Shown here piece by piece: positions 1 to 8,721 of a stretch of 35,591 nucleotides of DNA. Each line of letters begins with the position of its first letter. The first letter of the stretch is position 1. This stretch comes from a virus (taxonomy: Duplodnaviria; Caudoviricetes), in IMG/VR virus record IMGVR_UViG_3300037515_000667, positions 1-35,591 of that record; one strand, given 5' to 3'. Under the pieces are notes generated by a model. That model saw nothing but the letters and a program-made list of their open reading frames with translations. It had not been told where the DNA came from and made no database searches. Both the position numbers and the translations under genes were made by a program.

Positions 1-2586
1 CGTGAAAATCGGGTGCGCCGGCCGTGGCGGCCGCGGCTCGGTCGTTCTCGTATATTGCTCGGGAACGCGCTCGCCGCCTTGCAGATTATCGATAATTCGC
101 TCTTTTTCAGCGGCAACGCCCGCGCCGACGTCTTCGCCGGCGTCGCGAATGATCTTGTGAAGCGCCGCGAGCCTGGGCTTTGATTTGACGAACGACGTTA
201 GTCGATCGGCTTCTTTCTGAATTAGCTTCCCGATCGCCTCGGGCACGACATGAATCGGCGCCCACTTGAGATCAGCGGGATCCAAGCCGCCGGCCACGAC
301 CCTAGCGGCTGCTTCGGCCTCGAGCCCGGGAACGGTTTCGAGTGTTTCCTTCCGCGTCTGTGCCCGCCGTGCTCCCTCGGTTCGCTTGGCGATGATCTTT
401 TCGACGATCGCGGATCGGCTGCGCGGCGTCTTAGCTCTTGGGCCAAAATCCTCTCTGAAGATTTTGCGAAGGTACGCCATCGGCATGTCCTTGCGGACCG
501 GCGCTTCTAAAAATTCTTGGCCGGCGGAAGTTTCGGCCGCCACGTCCACCGCTGTACCGCTCGGGGGTGGGGGCGCAGGTGTCTCAGGCGGCGACGTGGC
601 GCTCTCGGGCGGCTTAGACGGCTCGACAGTCGGCTCGACAACTGAAGTCTTCTCAGCAGCGTCCGCAAGCGTCACAGGCCTGTCCTGGTGGTGCCCGAGC
701 AGACCCACGAACGTCGCGGCGTCCTCTGCCGACAGAACGCCCTCTATCCTGAATCCCATTTTTGGCAAGTTTGCTTGTTGTCGACCGACGATGGCGGCCG
801 CCTCTTCCGGGTATCTGGCGGCGAACTCGGCGGCGCCTTCGGGCGTGACGAGCGCCTTGGCGTCCAATTCGTCGAAAAGCGGCTCGCCGCGCTCCTTGAG
901 CTCGGCGACGATGGCCGGCAACATGTCGCTTTCGGCGGCGACTGCGCGCAAGTGTCGAAGCTGGGCACGGAGCGCCGCGGCCTCAAGATCTGGTTTCTCG
1001 CGGGCTTCGGTGGGCGACCGCTCGTCCGCCGGCGCTGGCGGCGTTAACGACGATTTCGGAATTTCCGCCAAAATCGATCGGCCCAGGTCGGGATCGCGCG
1101 GGTCGAAGCGAGGCCCACCGTTCGCCGGGTCGGGTATCGGTGATTGGCGTCCTTCGGTCGCGGCGGTGAAGATTCTCGCAGCCTGATCGGACGTTCGCGC
1201 CGCGTGCCGCTCGGCAGTCTGTGCCCGCAAAGCCTCTAGCAGCGTCCGGCGGGCGTACGATCTCCTGACCCCGACGGCCCCGCCGCCGATCATACTCGGA
1301 GCCATCAGGAAGCCGATGCTTGACATGGTGTCGACGACGTTCTCGACCGTGTAGCCCGCCAGCTCGTCTTCCCATTTGATCCGATCTTCGGGATCCAGTC
1401 CGTCCAAAATTAGCTGCGCGGCTTGGTGAATACCTTCTTGAAACGCCTCCTCCAGATTTTCCTTGACATAGGTCGCGCCGCGATCCTTGGCGAATCTCAA
1501 AAGGGTCTGCTTGACCGAATTCGTCACGATCCGCTTAGATTCCCTGGGAATAACCAGATCAAATGGGGTCGCGACCATCTCGATGGCCGATTGTGCCGCA
1601 CCAGAAAGCATCGCCCCGATTCTGGCGTTGGTGTCCGAAAACCCATCGGACTTGAAGTCGTCATATTCGTCAGGCGCAATCCGGCCAAACCAATAGATCA
1701 TTGGGACCAGAACCTTCGATTTGGCCGCCCCGCCGCTGACGAGCGTGGCGACAAGATCGGGAGCCATGCGCCCGGCGCCGGCAAGCCCACGCTGCCACCA
1801 GAGTTCTCCGGTCTGCGGGTCGATACCGCGCCGTATTTTTTCAGCGTCTCGGACGAATGGATCGTGCTTTTTTAGTCCGATGAGCTCGGGAAGCGCCTCG
1901 AACAGCGTTTCGGTGGACTCGTGGATTCCGCGCTGTACCTGCTCGATCAAGTTGAGCGTGCCCTTGCCCGGCTTGACGCCGGCGGCTGCTCGCAGCACCG
2001 GATCGCCCTTGACCTCCGAAAGTGCCGCCAGAAACGCCTCGCGGTTTCGATTGACGAGCTGGACGCCCGGATCTTTGCTAGAGTCGCCGTACATGATCTC
2101 GAACGCGCTGGCGTCCTGGCGGGCACCGGGCGGCCTACGCGACTCGCCCTGGCCCGCGAATTCGATCGCGGCGCGGTACAAATCGTATTGTTGGCGCAAC
2201 AGATCTGTATCGAAGTCGTAATCGGGGAACGCCAGTGAAAAGTCGGCGGCGGCGCGGTCGACATGCGACTGCGTTAGCTTCTCGCCCGAAACGGCGAGCG
2301 CCCTGGCCGTGCGGTTGAGATCGTACTCGGGCGACTTCTCAAATTCCTTGGTGGCCGCCTCGCGCATCTTGTAAAGCTCGGCCCGGCCCTCTTCTCGCCA
2401 ACGAACAGACAGCTCGTCTTGTCGTGGCGCCGGGATTCCGTTGCGACTGCGATTGAATGTAAAGTGTGCGGACTCCGGCGGTTGCGTGAAATCATCGAAG
2501 AAATGAACAAGGTCGTCGAGCGCGTCCGCGGGCCTTTCGGCGGGCGCCATGATATCGTCGAAGAATGAAACCAAGTCGTCTGGCAC
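1..2586 (-). CDS. Large internal virion/ejection-type protein, 3'-truncated by the window edge (>862 aa)
   Basis: Manual translation: GTG at 2586, 5 nt after the upstream stop, reads MPDDLVSFFDDIMAP... with no stop down to position 1. Absent from the ORF track because it lacks a stop. Position after nozzle and two ejection-like genes suggests the function. Confidence 0.75.
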   Translation of the reverse strand, partial: MPDDLVSFFDDIMAPAERPADALDDLVHFFDDFTQPPESAHFTFNRSRNGIPAPRQDELSVRWREEGRAELYKMREAATKEFEKSPEYDLNRTARALAVSGEKLTQSHVDRAAADFSLAFPDYDFDTDLLRQQYDLYRAAIEFAGQGESRRPPGARQDASAFEIMYGDSSKDPGVQLVNRNREAFLAALSEVKGDPVLRAAAGVKPGKGTLNLIEQVQRGIHESTETLFEALPELIGLKKHDPFVRDAEKIRRGIDPQTGELWWQRGLAGAGRMAPDLVATLVSGGAAKSKVLVPMIYWFGRIAPDEYDDFKSDGFSDTNARIGAMLSGAAQSAIEMVATPFDLVIPRESKRIVTNSVKQTLLRFAKDRGATYVKENLEEAFQEGIHQAAQLILDGLDPEDRIKWEDELAGYTVENVVDTMSSIGFLMAPSMIGGGAVGVRRSYARRTLLEALRAQTAERHAARTSDQAARIFTAATEGRQSPIPDPANGGPRFDPRDPDLGRSILAEIPKSSLTPPAPADERSPTEAREKPDLEAAALRAQLRHLRAVAAESDMLPAIVAELKERGEPLFDELDAKALVTPEGAAEFAARYPEEAAAIVGRQQANLPKMGFRIEGVLSAEDAATFVGLLGHHQDRPVTLADAAEKTSVVEPTVEPSKPPESATSPPETPAPPPPSGTAVDVAAETSAGQEFLEAPVRKDMPMAYLRKIFREDFGPRAKTPRSRSAIVEKIIAKRTEGARRAQTRKETLETVPGLEAEAAARVVAGGLDPADLKWAPIHVVPEAIGKLIQKEADRLTSFVKSKPRLAALHKIIRDAGEDVGAGVAAEKERIIDNLQGGERVPEQYTRTTEPRPPRPAHPIFT

Positions 2587-2591
2587 AAGAC

Positions 2592-3917
2592 CTAGCCCCC
2601 GTATTGCTTCATCAGCTTCGCGTACAGCTCGGGATCGGCCTTCTCAATCTGGCGCAGAAGATCAATCGCCTCGCGAACACGATCGGCATTATTGAGTTGG
2701 CCGAATGGCGTTCCGCCGACAATCGCAGCGCGGGCCTCCTGTAGCACCTGTGCGGCCGAATCGGCTGCTTTCAAATATTCGTGATTCACCGCCGGAGTCT
2801 TGGCGGTCGAGCCGCTGGACGATCGCCTGGGAACGCCACTGACCGATCCGGCAAGCTCCCATTCTCCGCCTGGGCGCCGACCGGAATGCGTGCCGTCGCC
2901 ATTGTCTCGCAGCTCGTACGCCTCGCCCGGAGATTCCTGTGGCGAAAGCGAGTCGATCGTCTCGTCGATAGTCAAGCCGACCAGTTCTCGACGGCGGTAA
3001 ACGATTCTGCGCATCTGATCGCGAACCATGTCATCGGTGATCGTGATCACTCCGGTATCTTCAAGCTGCGAATGCGCGATCTTGTATAGGGCATCGACGT
3101 CGGATTCTTTCATCACCGGAGCCGGCGCGGCAGTGCCCTCCTTCTTCCACGGTTTTATCACTTCTCGCATTGCCCCGTTTCTGTCGGGCATGGCAATCGC
3201 GCCGGTTTCCTTGTGTTCCCAAGCCTGTCCCCTCGAAATCGCCTCTTCAAAGCTCTTTGGCATCGGCAGTTGTTCCGGTCGATGCCAGCTCGGCTGAATA
3301 CCTCTCATTTGCTCGGAGATCTGCTGCAATCCAAACTGAGCGGCCGCCGGTGCGCCCGGCGCGATCGGGATTTGGTACACCGGGTTGCTGTTCAATTCGC
3401 GAGCCGCGCCGCGCAGTCGTTCAATCTGGTCAAGCTGCTGGGGGTCGTAATCGTGAACGAAGCCCTTGTCTTGCATAAAGCGGCTGCGCAGGTAGTCGTC
3501 TGGGCGCATGCCCTGCCGGCGCGCGTTCATCTCGACCATCGAAACGAGCCCGTCAACGTCGCCGTCGAACGACAAAAACGAAGGGTCGCTTGTCGCTTCA
3601 AAAAGCGCCTCGGCAACTCGGTCGCGGTGCGCCTCGTCCTTTTCGGCCGCTTTGCCTTGGCGGCTGAGTTCCCTCTGCTCAGCGTCATGAATGCGGCTGG
3701 CCTCGGCCTGCTCAGCTTGTTGATTCTGTTGCTCGTACCGGAGCGCTTGCAGCATCGCGAATTGCTGTTGTTGGGCCGCAGCCGTCTCTGCCGCGAGATT
3801 CTGCTCGAAGAGCTTGTCTTGTCGCTCGAGCCGCGCGTGCTTGCTCGTCCCGAATGCGTTCAGAACATCGGCAATTGCCTGGCCTGGAGCGCCTGGCGAT
3901 GTGATGGTTATCGGCAC
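2592..3917 (-). CDS. Putative internal virion (ejection) protein, 441 aa
   Basis: Q/E/A-rich helical N-terminus, AAGGGG RBS before GTG, located downstream of the nozzle gene as in podoviruses. Confidence 0.6.
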   Translation of the reverse strand: MPITITSPGAPGQAIADVLNAFGTSKHARLERQDKLFEQNLAAETAAAQQQQFAMLQALRYEQQNQQAEQAEASRIHDAEQRELSRQGKAAEKDEAHRDRVAEALFEATSDPSFLSFDGDVDGLVSMVEMNARRQGMRPDDYLRSRFMQDKGFVHDYDPQQLDQIERLRGAARELNSNPVYQIPIAPGAPAAAQFGLQQISEQMRGIQPSWHRPEQLPMPKSFEEAISRGQAWEHKETGAIAMPDRNGAMREVIKPWKKEGTAAPAPVMKESDVDALYKIAHSQLEDTGVITITDDMVRDQMRRIVYRRRELVGLTIDETIDSLSPQESPGEAYELRDNGDGTHSGRRPGGEWELAGSVSGVPRRSSSGSTAKTPAVNHEYLKAADSAAQVLQEARAAIVGGTPFGQLNNADRVREAIDLLRQIEKADPELYAKLMKQYGG

Positions 3918-3930
3918 GCTAGCGCCCCTT

Positions 3931-5046
3931 TCAAAAAGGTTTGCCCTTGGGGATGTAGGCGCCCGGTAGAGACAGGCCCATCGCCATGGTGTCGGTCGCG
4001 CTCAAAAACCCCTGCGATTGCAAACTTTTCCCGACGCTGCCGTTGTTGTACGAGGCCGAGCCGTATGGGTAATTGAGCGCGCCATTGAACCCTCCGCCAT
4101 CGCTGTAGCCAACGTTGAATAACCCGGGAATTCCAATCGAGCCGCTGAAGCCGCCACTCTGTTGTTCGGTTACATCTTGCGCCCGCGCCTCGCCGGCCGC
4201 GACGTTGTAGGGCGTCAGGTCGATGTGGCTTGGCGGAACGTAGTTCGCGCCCTGTATCATCGTATTTACCGCGCTTGTTCCCTGTTGCAGTATCCCAACT
4301 TCGGCCAGCGCGAGCTGGATCGCGGTCGCGCGGTCGACGTTTCGCTCTCGCATGATTGCCTCAATGCGCGCGGTGCCGAGCTGTGCCTCGGCGTTGCTTG
4401 AAGCTCTCCCGTAGGCCGACCGAATTTGCCGCTCGATCTCCTGCACGTCCTCAGTCACCAGGTTCTTTTTATCAGCGCCCTCCAATTCGATACTGGACGC
4501 GACCGCGGCGATTGCGCTGCTCCCGCCCATTCCGCGATTGATTGCATCCTCTCTCGATTCCGACTGGGCCTTCTGAACTGCCTTGGTGATTTCGTTCTTT
4601 TGTGCGTCGCCCTGGCCGATTAGCAACTCTAGCTGTTCGGCTTCTTGCTCCGAGAGCCCCGTCAGCACGTTCTGCAAAACGTTCTCGAACTCGGCGCCGA
4701 CGTCGAACTCGGCGCCGTCGTCGAACTCGGCGCCGTCGTCGAACCCCCCCGCCGGGCTAGTCTGAATCAAGTGCGGATTAGCCCCCGGCTTTAGGAGCTC
4801 TGTCGCGATGTCGCTGTCGTTGTCGGGGCCCTTGCCGGGCTTTTGAAGGGTCGGAAGGCCGAGTTGCTGGCGCTGGAAGTCAAGAATGTCGCGCTGTTCC
4901 TGCGTCGAATCCTCTTGGCGCTCAACGCCCTCGTCGAGGATGCCCTGCTGCTTCTTCCTAAACTTCTTGTCTATAATCCGGTTGATAATGCCGAACAGGA
5001 AGTTCGTTCCCATCTGAGTTGCAACTGAAAATAGCGGACTTGCCAT
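3931..5046 (-). CDS. Putative internal virion (ejection/DNA pilot) protein, 371 aa
   Basis: Hydrophobic N-terminus, coiled-coil with AINRGMGGSS segment, Gly/Ser-rich C-terminus, gene order. Confidence 0.6.
   Translation of the reverse strand: MASPLFSVATQMGTNFLFGIINRIIDKKFRKKQQGILDEGVERQEDSTQEQRDILDFQRQQLGLPTLQKPGKGPDNDSDIATELLKPGANPHLIQTSPAGGFDDGAEFDDGAEFDVGAEFENVLQNVLTGLSEQEAEQLELLIGQGDAQKNEITKAVQKAQSESREDAINRGMGGSSAIAAVASSIELEGADKKNLVTEDVQEIERQIRSAYGRASSNAEAQLGTARIEAIMRERNVDRATAIQLALAEVGILQQGTSAVNTMIQGANYVPPSHIDLTPYNVAAGEARAQDVTEQQSGGFSGSIGIPGLFNVGYSDGGGFNGALNYPYGSASYNNGSVGKSLQSQGFLSATDTMAMGLSLPGAYIPKGKPF
4685..4744. repeat. 18-bp in-frame tandem repeat (3.3 copies) encoding GAEFDD/GAEFDV
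   Basis: tcgaactcggcgccg(a/t)cg units at 4685, 4703 and 4721, partial copy at 4739. Confidence 0.95.
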
Positions 5047-5063
5047 GGCGACCTACCCTTTCT

Positions 5064-7547
5064 TCAAGCTCCCGGTTTCCGCTTCCCCGCGGACGTTATT
5101 CGTCCAAGGATACCCTCAAGCGCCCACGGGCGACCAGTGCCGGTTACTTTCAACATCATCGATTCGCCGCGATCGCCCGGTCGCGCCGTGTGCGAAAGTC
5201 CGGCCGTCCACGTTCCGCCCGACCTCGAGGTCGCGCCGATCGCATCTTGAGCGGTTTTTCCGGTACGCAACGCCCACGTCATTCTGGCGCTGTTTTCGTC
5301 CGTCGTCCCGACCAGCTCCGACAGACGCGCCGTGTCGTATCCGCCTTGCCCTAGGCGCATCGGGCCAATATCGACGTAGCTCGCCATCGTGTTGTTGTCG
5401 TCCATCTCATTACGCCGGTGCATGCTGCGAAGATACCCGTCCCTGCACCCAAGTATGACCGGCTTTGATTCGTGGCTGTTCGACAGGTACGGAATATCGC
5501 TGTAAATCGCCGTAGGTTCGTAGATGTCCGCTGGAAGCTCGATCGGCCAAAAGCCTTTGTTGGCCCAATCAAAGAACCAATGGATTCCCATCCGGGCCGT
5601 GTTGTACGTGACGAAAATCCACACGCCGCCCATCTCGATATCGTACGCCATCACCACGGTGGCGTTATTGGGGTTGATGTTTCTCAACTCTTCGGGGAGC
5701 GTCTTGTTTGAAACGGCTAGCGGCTCGAGCCCGCGACCGGGGCCAATGGTGAATAATCCGGCATTTCCCAGCACCAGCACACCACCGTCGGGCAGTCGGC
5801 AGGCCGAGAACGCCGAAAGAACCCCGGCTTCGGACCCGATATCGGTAATTTGACCGCCATCTGCCGGGTTCCCACTCATCACGTACATGGCCCGCGCGCA
5901 GCCCATCAACAAATGATCGTCGCTGATCGGAATTAGAGCCGTCATCTCGGAGGGCAAGACGCCGCCGACGGCTGAGCTGGGGTCGCTCGCAGTAATCTTG
6001 AATCGTGTCAGTTCCCCGGTTTCGCTTGCATACCAATTCGCCGGCCCCCACGCCGGGCTTCCCAGTACAAGACGCTCGCGCCACAAGGCGGCCACGCGAA
6101 ACATTTGCGGAACCGACCAACCACGATCGTCGACTGGATTCACTACAAGCTCTCTCGTCGCCGTGTACGGACTCCATTGCATCCAGCCCTTGCACACGCG
6201 AAGCGCCACCTGTTCCGCGGCGGGGAATGCCGCGCCCCCCAGCAAGTTGAGTGTGATGCGCGTCGTGGTAAGAGAGCTGATTTTATAGGTACCCGCTATC
6301 GGGGTCTCAACGCCGCCCACGAACCGATCGTCGTAAATTTCGCACACATCAACACTGAAGTCGACGGCCGCGACCTCGGCCGCACTAAGCGCTGTCGAAA
6401 AATCCAACTGACCACTCGTCCCCGTGGTAACGGCCTCGACGCCGAATCCATACGTCGGCAAATCGGACTCGAACCGCGGCGCACTGTGATCCATGATGTA
6501 TGCGCGGTTCTGGTATGGAATGAACGCCAAGTTTCGCTCCGTGCTGGGCACCGGGTCGTTGGTCGCAACCACCATGCGATCCATCCCGATTTCGTACGCG
6601 AACTTGCCGCCGGCGCACCCGACTATCTGATTTGCTCGCATGCCGCCTGGCTCGGTGGCGTACCAAATTCGAGCAAGATCGACTTTGCAAGGCGCGTTCG
6701 CGTTGGTGCCGACAATCTCGAACGCACAGTTCCGGCGAGTCGTGGCGGTAAGTTGCCAACTGGTTTGTTCGGCCAGGATTCGGCCCTGCCAAAATAAACG
6801 CACGCGCCCGCCTTCTTGATCTTTCTCGAAGAGCAGTTGAATCCAACTGCCGTCCACCTTGAAGCCGGGCGCAGACGATATCGCCACCGTGTTTGACACG
6901 CCGGACAAGGTGCGACGAATGAATCCGCTTTGGCTGCCGTCATCGGCAATCGTCAGTTCGGCCATGAACCCATCTTGCGTAGGGTCCGGCGTTGCCGTGT
7001 CCAGGCAAACGTACAGCCGGTACGTTCCGCTGATCGTGGCGTCCTGCGCGGCCGAGTCGTCGTAGGTTGGACGCACGAACAACTGGACCGAGCGACTTTC
7101 ACCGGGGTTGGCAGACGGCGCCAGAATGATCGGGGCCGGCGTTTCAAACATTGCGCCGCGCTCTTCCCCGTTGGACGCATAGGCCCACCCGTTCGATTGA
7201 TCGACCTGGACAGCGCCGTCCGCCGAAAACGGCGGTGCAACCCAACTGGCATCGAGCGACGGGGCCGAGAAGTCGTCCTCGAACATCATCATGCCGTCGG
7301 AACGGGGGTGATTGATGACGCCCAAACAGTTTACGGGGCCGGGACCGACACGCGCGAACCGGTGCCGATTGATGCCCGGCCGGCTGCCGATGCGAATGCG
7401 CCGCTCAAGAACATCGATCGGAATGACGTTCAGGGCGTCATGGCACGTAAAGGGAGGTTGCTGCTGATAGGCGACGTCGCGACTGACACCGCCCATCGGC
7501 GGCTGAATGTTGATTAGCCGTCGCTGCTTGGAAACGCGCTTCGCCAT
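5064..7547 (-). CDS. Tail nozzle / tail tubular protein B-like (P22 gp10/T7 gp12-type position), about 827 aa, with inserted beta-sandwich domains
   Basis: Likely start MAKRVSKQ at 7547. N-terminal PPMGG...DALNV...RPG pattern, beta-propeller-like C-terminal half (RERLVLG, NWYASETG, LLMGC), located before ejection proteins. Confidence 0.7.
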   Translation of the reverse strand: MAKRVSKQRRLINIQPPMGGVSRDVAYQQQPPFTCHDALNVIPIDVLERRIRIGSRPGINRHRFARVGPGPVNCLGVINHPRSDGMMMFEDDFSAPSLDASWVAPPFSADGAVQVDQSNGWAYASNGEERGAMFETPAPIILAPSANPGESRSVQLFVRPTYDDSAAQDATISGTYRLYVCLDTATPDPTQDGFMAELTIADDGSQSGFIRRTLSGVSNTVAISSAPGFKVDGSWIQLLFEKDQEGGRVRLFWQGRILAEQTSWQLTATTRRNCAFEIVGTNANAPCKVDLARIWYATEPGGMRANQIVGCAGGKFAYEIGMDRMVVATNDPVPSTERNLAFIPYQNRAYIMDHSAPRFESDLPTYGFGVEAVTTGTSGQLDFSTALSAAEVAAVDFSVDVCEIYDDRFVGGVETPIAGTYKISSLTTTRITLNLLGGAAFPAAEQVALRVCKGWMQWSPYTATRELVVNPVDDRGWSVPQMFRVAALWRERLVLGSPAWGPANWYASETGELTRFKITASDPSSAVGGVLPSEMTALIPISDDHLLMGCARAMYVMSGNPADGGQITDIGSEAGVLSAFSACRLPDGGVLVLGNAGLFTIGPGRGLEPLAVSNKTLPEELRNINPNNATVVMAYDIEMGGVWIFVTYNTARMGIHWFFDWANKGFWPIELPADIYEPTAIYSDIPYLSNSHESKPVILGCRDGYLRSMHRRNEMDDNNTMASYVDIGPMRLGQGGYDTARLSELVGTTDENSARMTWALRTGKTAQDAIGATSRSGGTWTAGLSHTARPGDRGESMMLKVTGTGRPWALEGILGRITSAGKRKPGA

Positions 7548-7554
7548 GGGACAC

Positions 7555-7932
7555 CTACGACGACGTAGCGCCCGTTTTACTTTCCAGATACCACCGAAAT
7601 CCAGTGGCCGAAACACTATCGGGCACGCTGACCAGCCTGGCGCAGTCTAATTCGTCCGAATCGGCAAATAATACATTCTTGTCACCGGCCTGCAGAATCG
7701 GCCGCTCGAACGAAACCGCGATCTGGAAACCTGCGCCGCTGACATGCGAGATCAACAGCTCGATTCCGAGAGAAGTCGGCGCACCAATCGTGCGTGTTTC
7801 GGTGCCCGCGATTACGCCGCGTTCCAGGCCAAGGACAAGTGATTTTGAAATAACGCCGATCGCCCCGCCGTTACCAGGATCGGCGATGTGCTCCCAATCG
7901 GCCAGCCCCAGATTTTCAAGCGTGTTGTGCAA
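7555..7932 (-). CDS. Small virion protein, paralog 3 of 3 (125 aa)
   Basis: TTG start at 7932 with GGAAGG RBS. Motifs DPGNGGAI, ETRTI and SATGFRW are shared with the two upstream genes. Confidence 0.75.
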   Translation of the reverse strand: MHNTLENLGLADWEHIADPGNGGAIGVISKSLVLGLERGVIAGTETRTIGAPTSLGIELLISHVSGAGFQIAVSFERPILQAGDKNVLFADSDELDCARLVSVPDSVSATGFRWYLESKTGATSS

Positions 7933-7954
7933 GGTAGTAGCCGCCTTCCGTGTT

Positions 7955-8332
7955 TTATGTGGCGTAGCTCGCGCCCAAGTTGGACTCGCCGCGCCAGCAA
8001 TACCCCGTGTTGGACAGCGCCGCGCCACACTTGTATGAGCGGCAGATAACCGTGTCGTACCGAGAATTCAGAACGGCGGTGGAGCGGTTCGCCGAGGAAA
8101 CAAACGTAGGGAACGCAACATCCAGGCCGCCGGATCCGGCCGTGACTCGCTTCAGTAGCAGAATTTGGCCGGGACCAGTCGGCTGCGCCACGGTTCGCGT
8201 CTCGTTGGCGTCGCCGACCCGCAATTCGACATAGGCCGACTTCGTGGGATTGATCTCGCCGCCGTCGCCGGGATCGCGGAACGTCTCGGAGGATCGAGCG
8301 ACATCGGCCATGAAATTTAGGGGATTGCTCAT
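7955..8332 (-). CDS. Small virion protein, paralog 2 of 3 (125 aa)
   Basis: ATG at 8332 (MSNPLNF) with AAGGGA RBS. Motifs DPGDGGEI, ETRTV and SNTGYCW. Confidence 0.75.
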   Translation of the reverse strand: MSNPLNFMADVARSSETFRDPGDGGEINPTKSAYVELRVGDANETRTVAQPTGPGQILLLKRVTAGSGGLDVAFPTFVSSANRSTAVLNSRYDTVICRSYKCGAALSNTGYCWRGESNLGASYAT

Positions 8333-8351
8333 TGATGGTCCCTTTGATTCT

Positions 8352-8708
8352 TTAAGAGGCGGTGCTGCCGTTGAACGAGATTTGCCGCCATCGGAACCCG
8401 GTCGCGGATCGGTCGTCCGGCTCGGACATAAAGCACCGGATGTCGTCAACGTCGTCGAACGTGACAATCGTATTTCCGGAGGCGTTGAAAGCGGTCGGAA
8501 ACGTCACGGTAATGTCGCCATTGTCCTCGGACATTCGCAGTCGCAGTTCCTGAAAATACGAGTTCGGGTTCAAAATCGTGCGGGCGCCGGCGCCCGAAAG
8601 GTCGATGTGTGCCGAATGGAGGTCGCCAATGTCAATCACGCCGCCCGCGCCGGGGTCGGGCTGCAACCACGGGTATTCCGCACGCAACTCAAGTATGCGA
8701 TGTATCAT
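8352..8708 (-). CDS. Small virion protein, paralog 1 of 3 (118 aa)
   Basis: ATG at 8708 (MIHRILE) with AAGGAG RBS. Motifs DPGAGGVI, GARTI and SATGFRW. Confidence 0.75.
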   Translation of the reverse strand: MIHRILELRAEYPWLQPDPGAGGVIDIGDLHSAHIDLSGAGARTILNPNSYFQELRLRMSEDNGDITVTFPTAFNASGNTIVTFDDVDDIRCFMSEPDDRSATGFRWRQISFNGSTAS

Positions 8709-8721
8709 CCTCGCGCACTCC

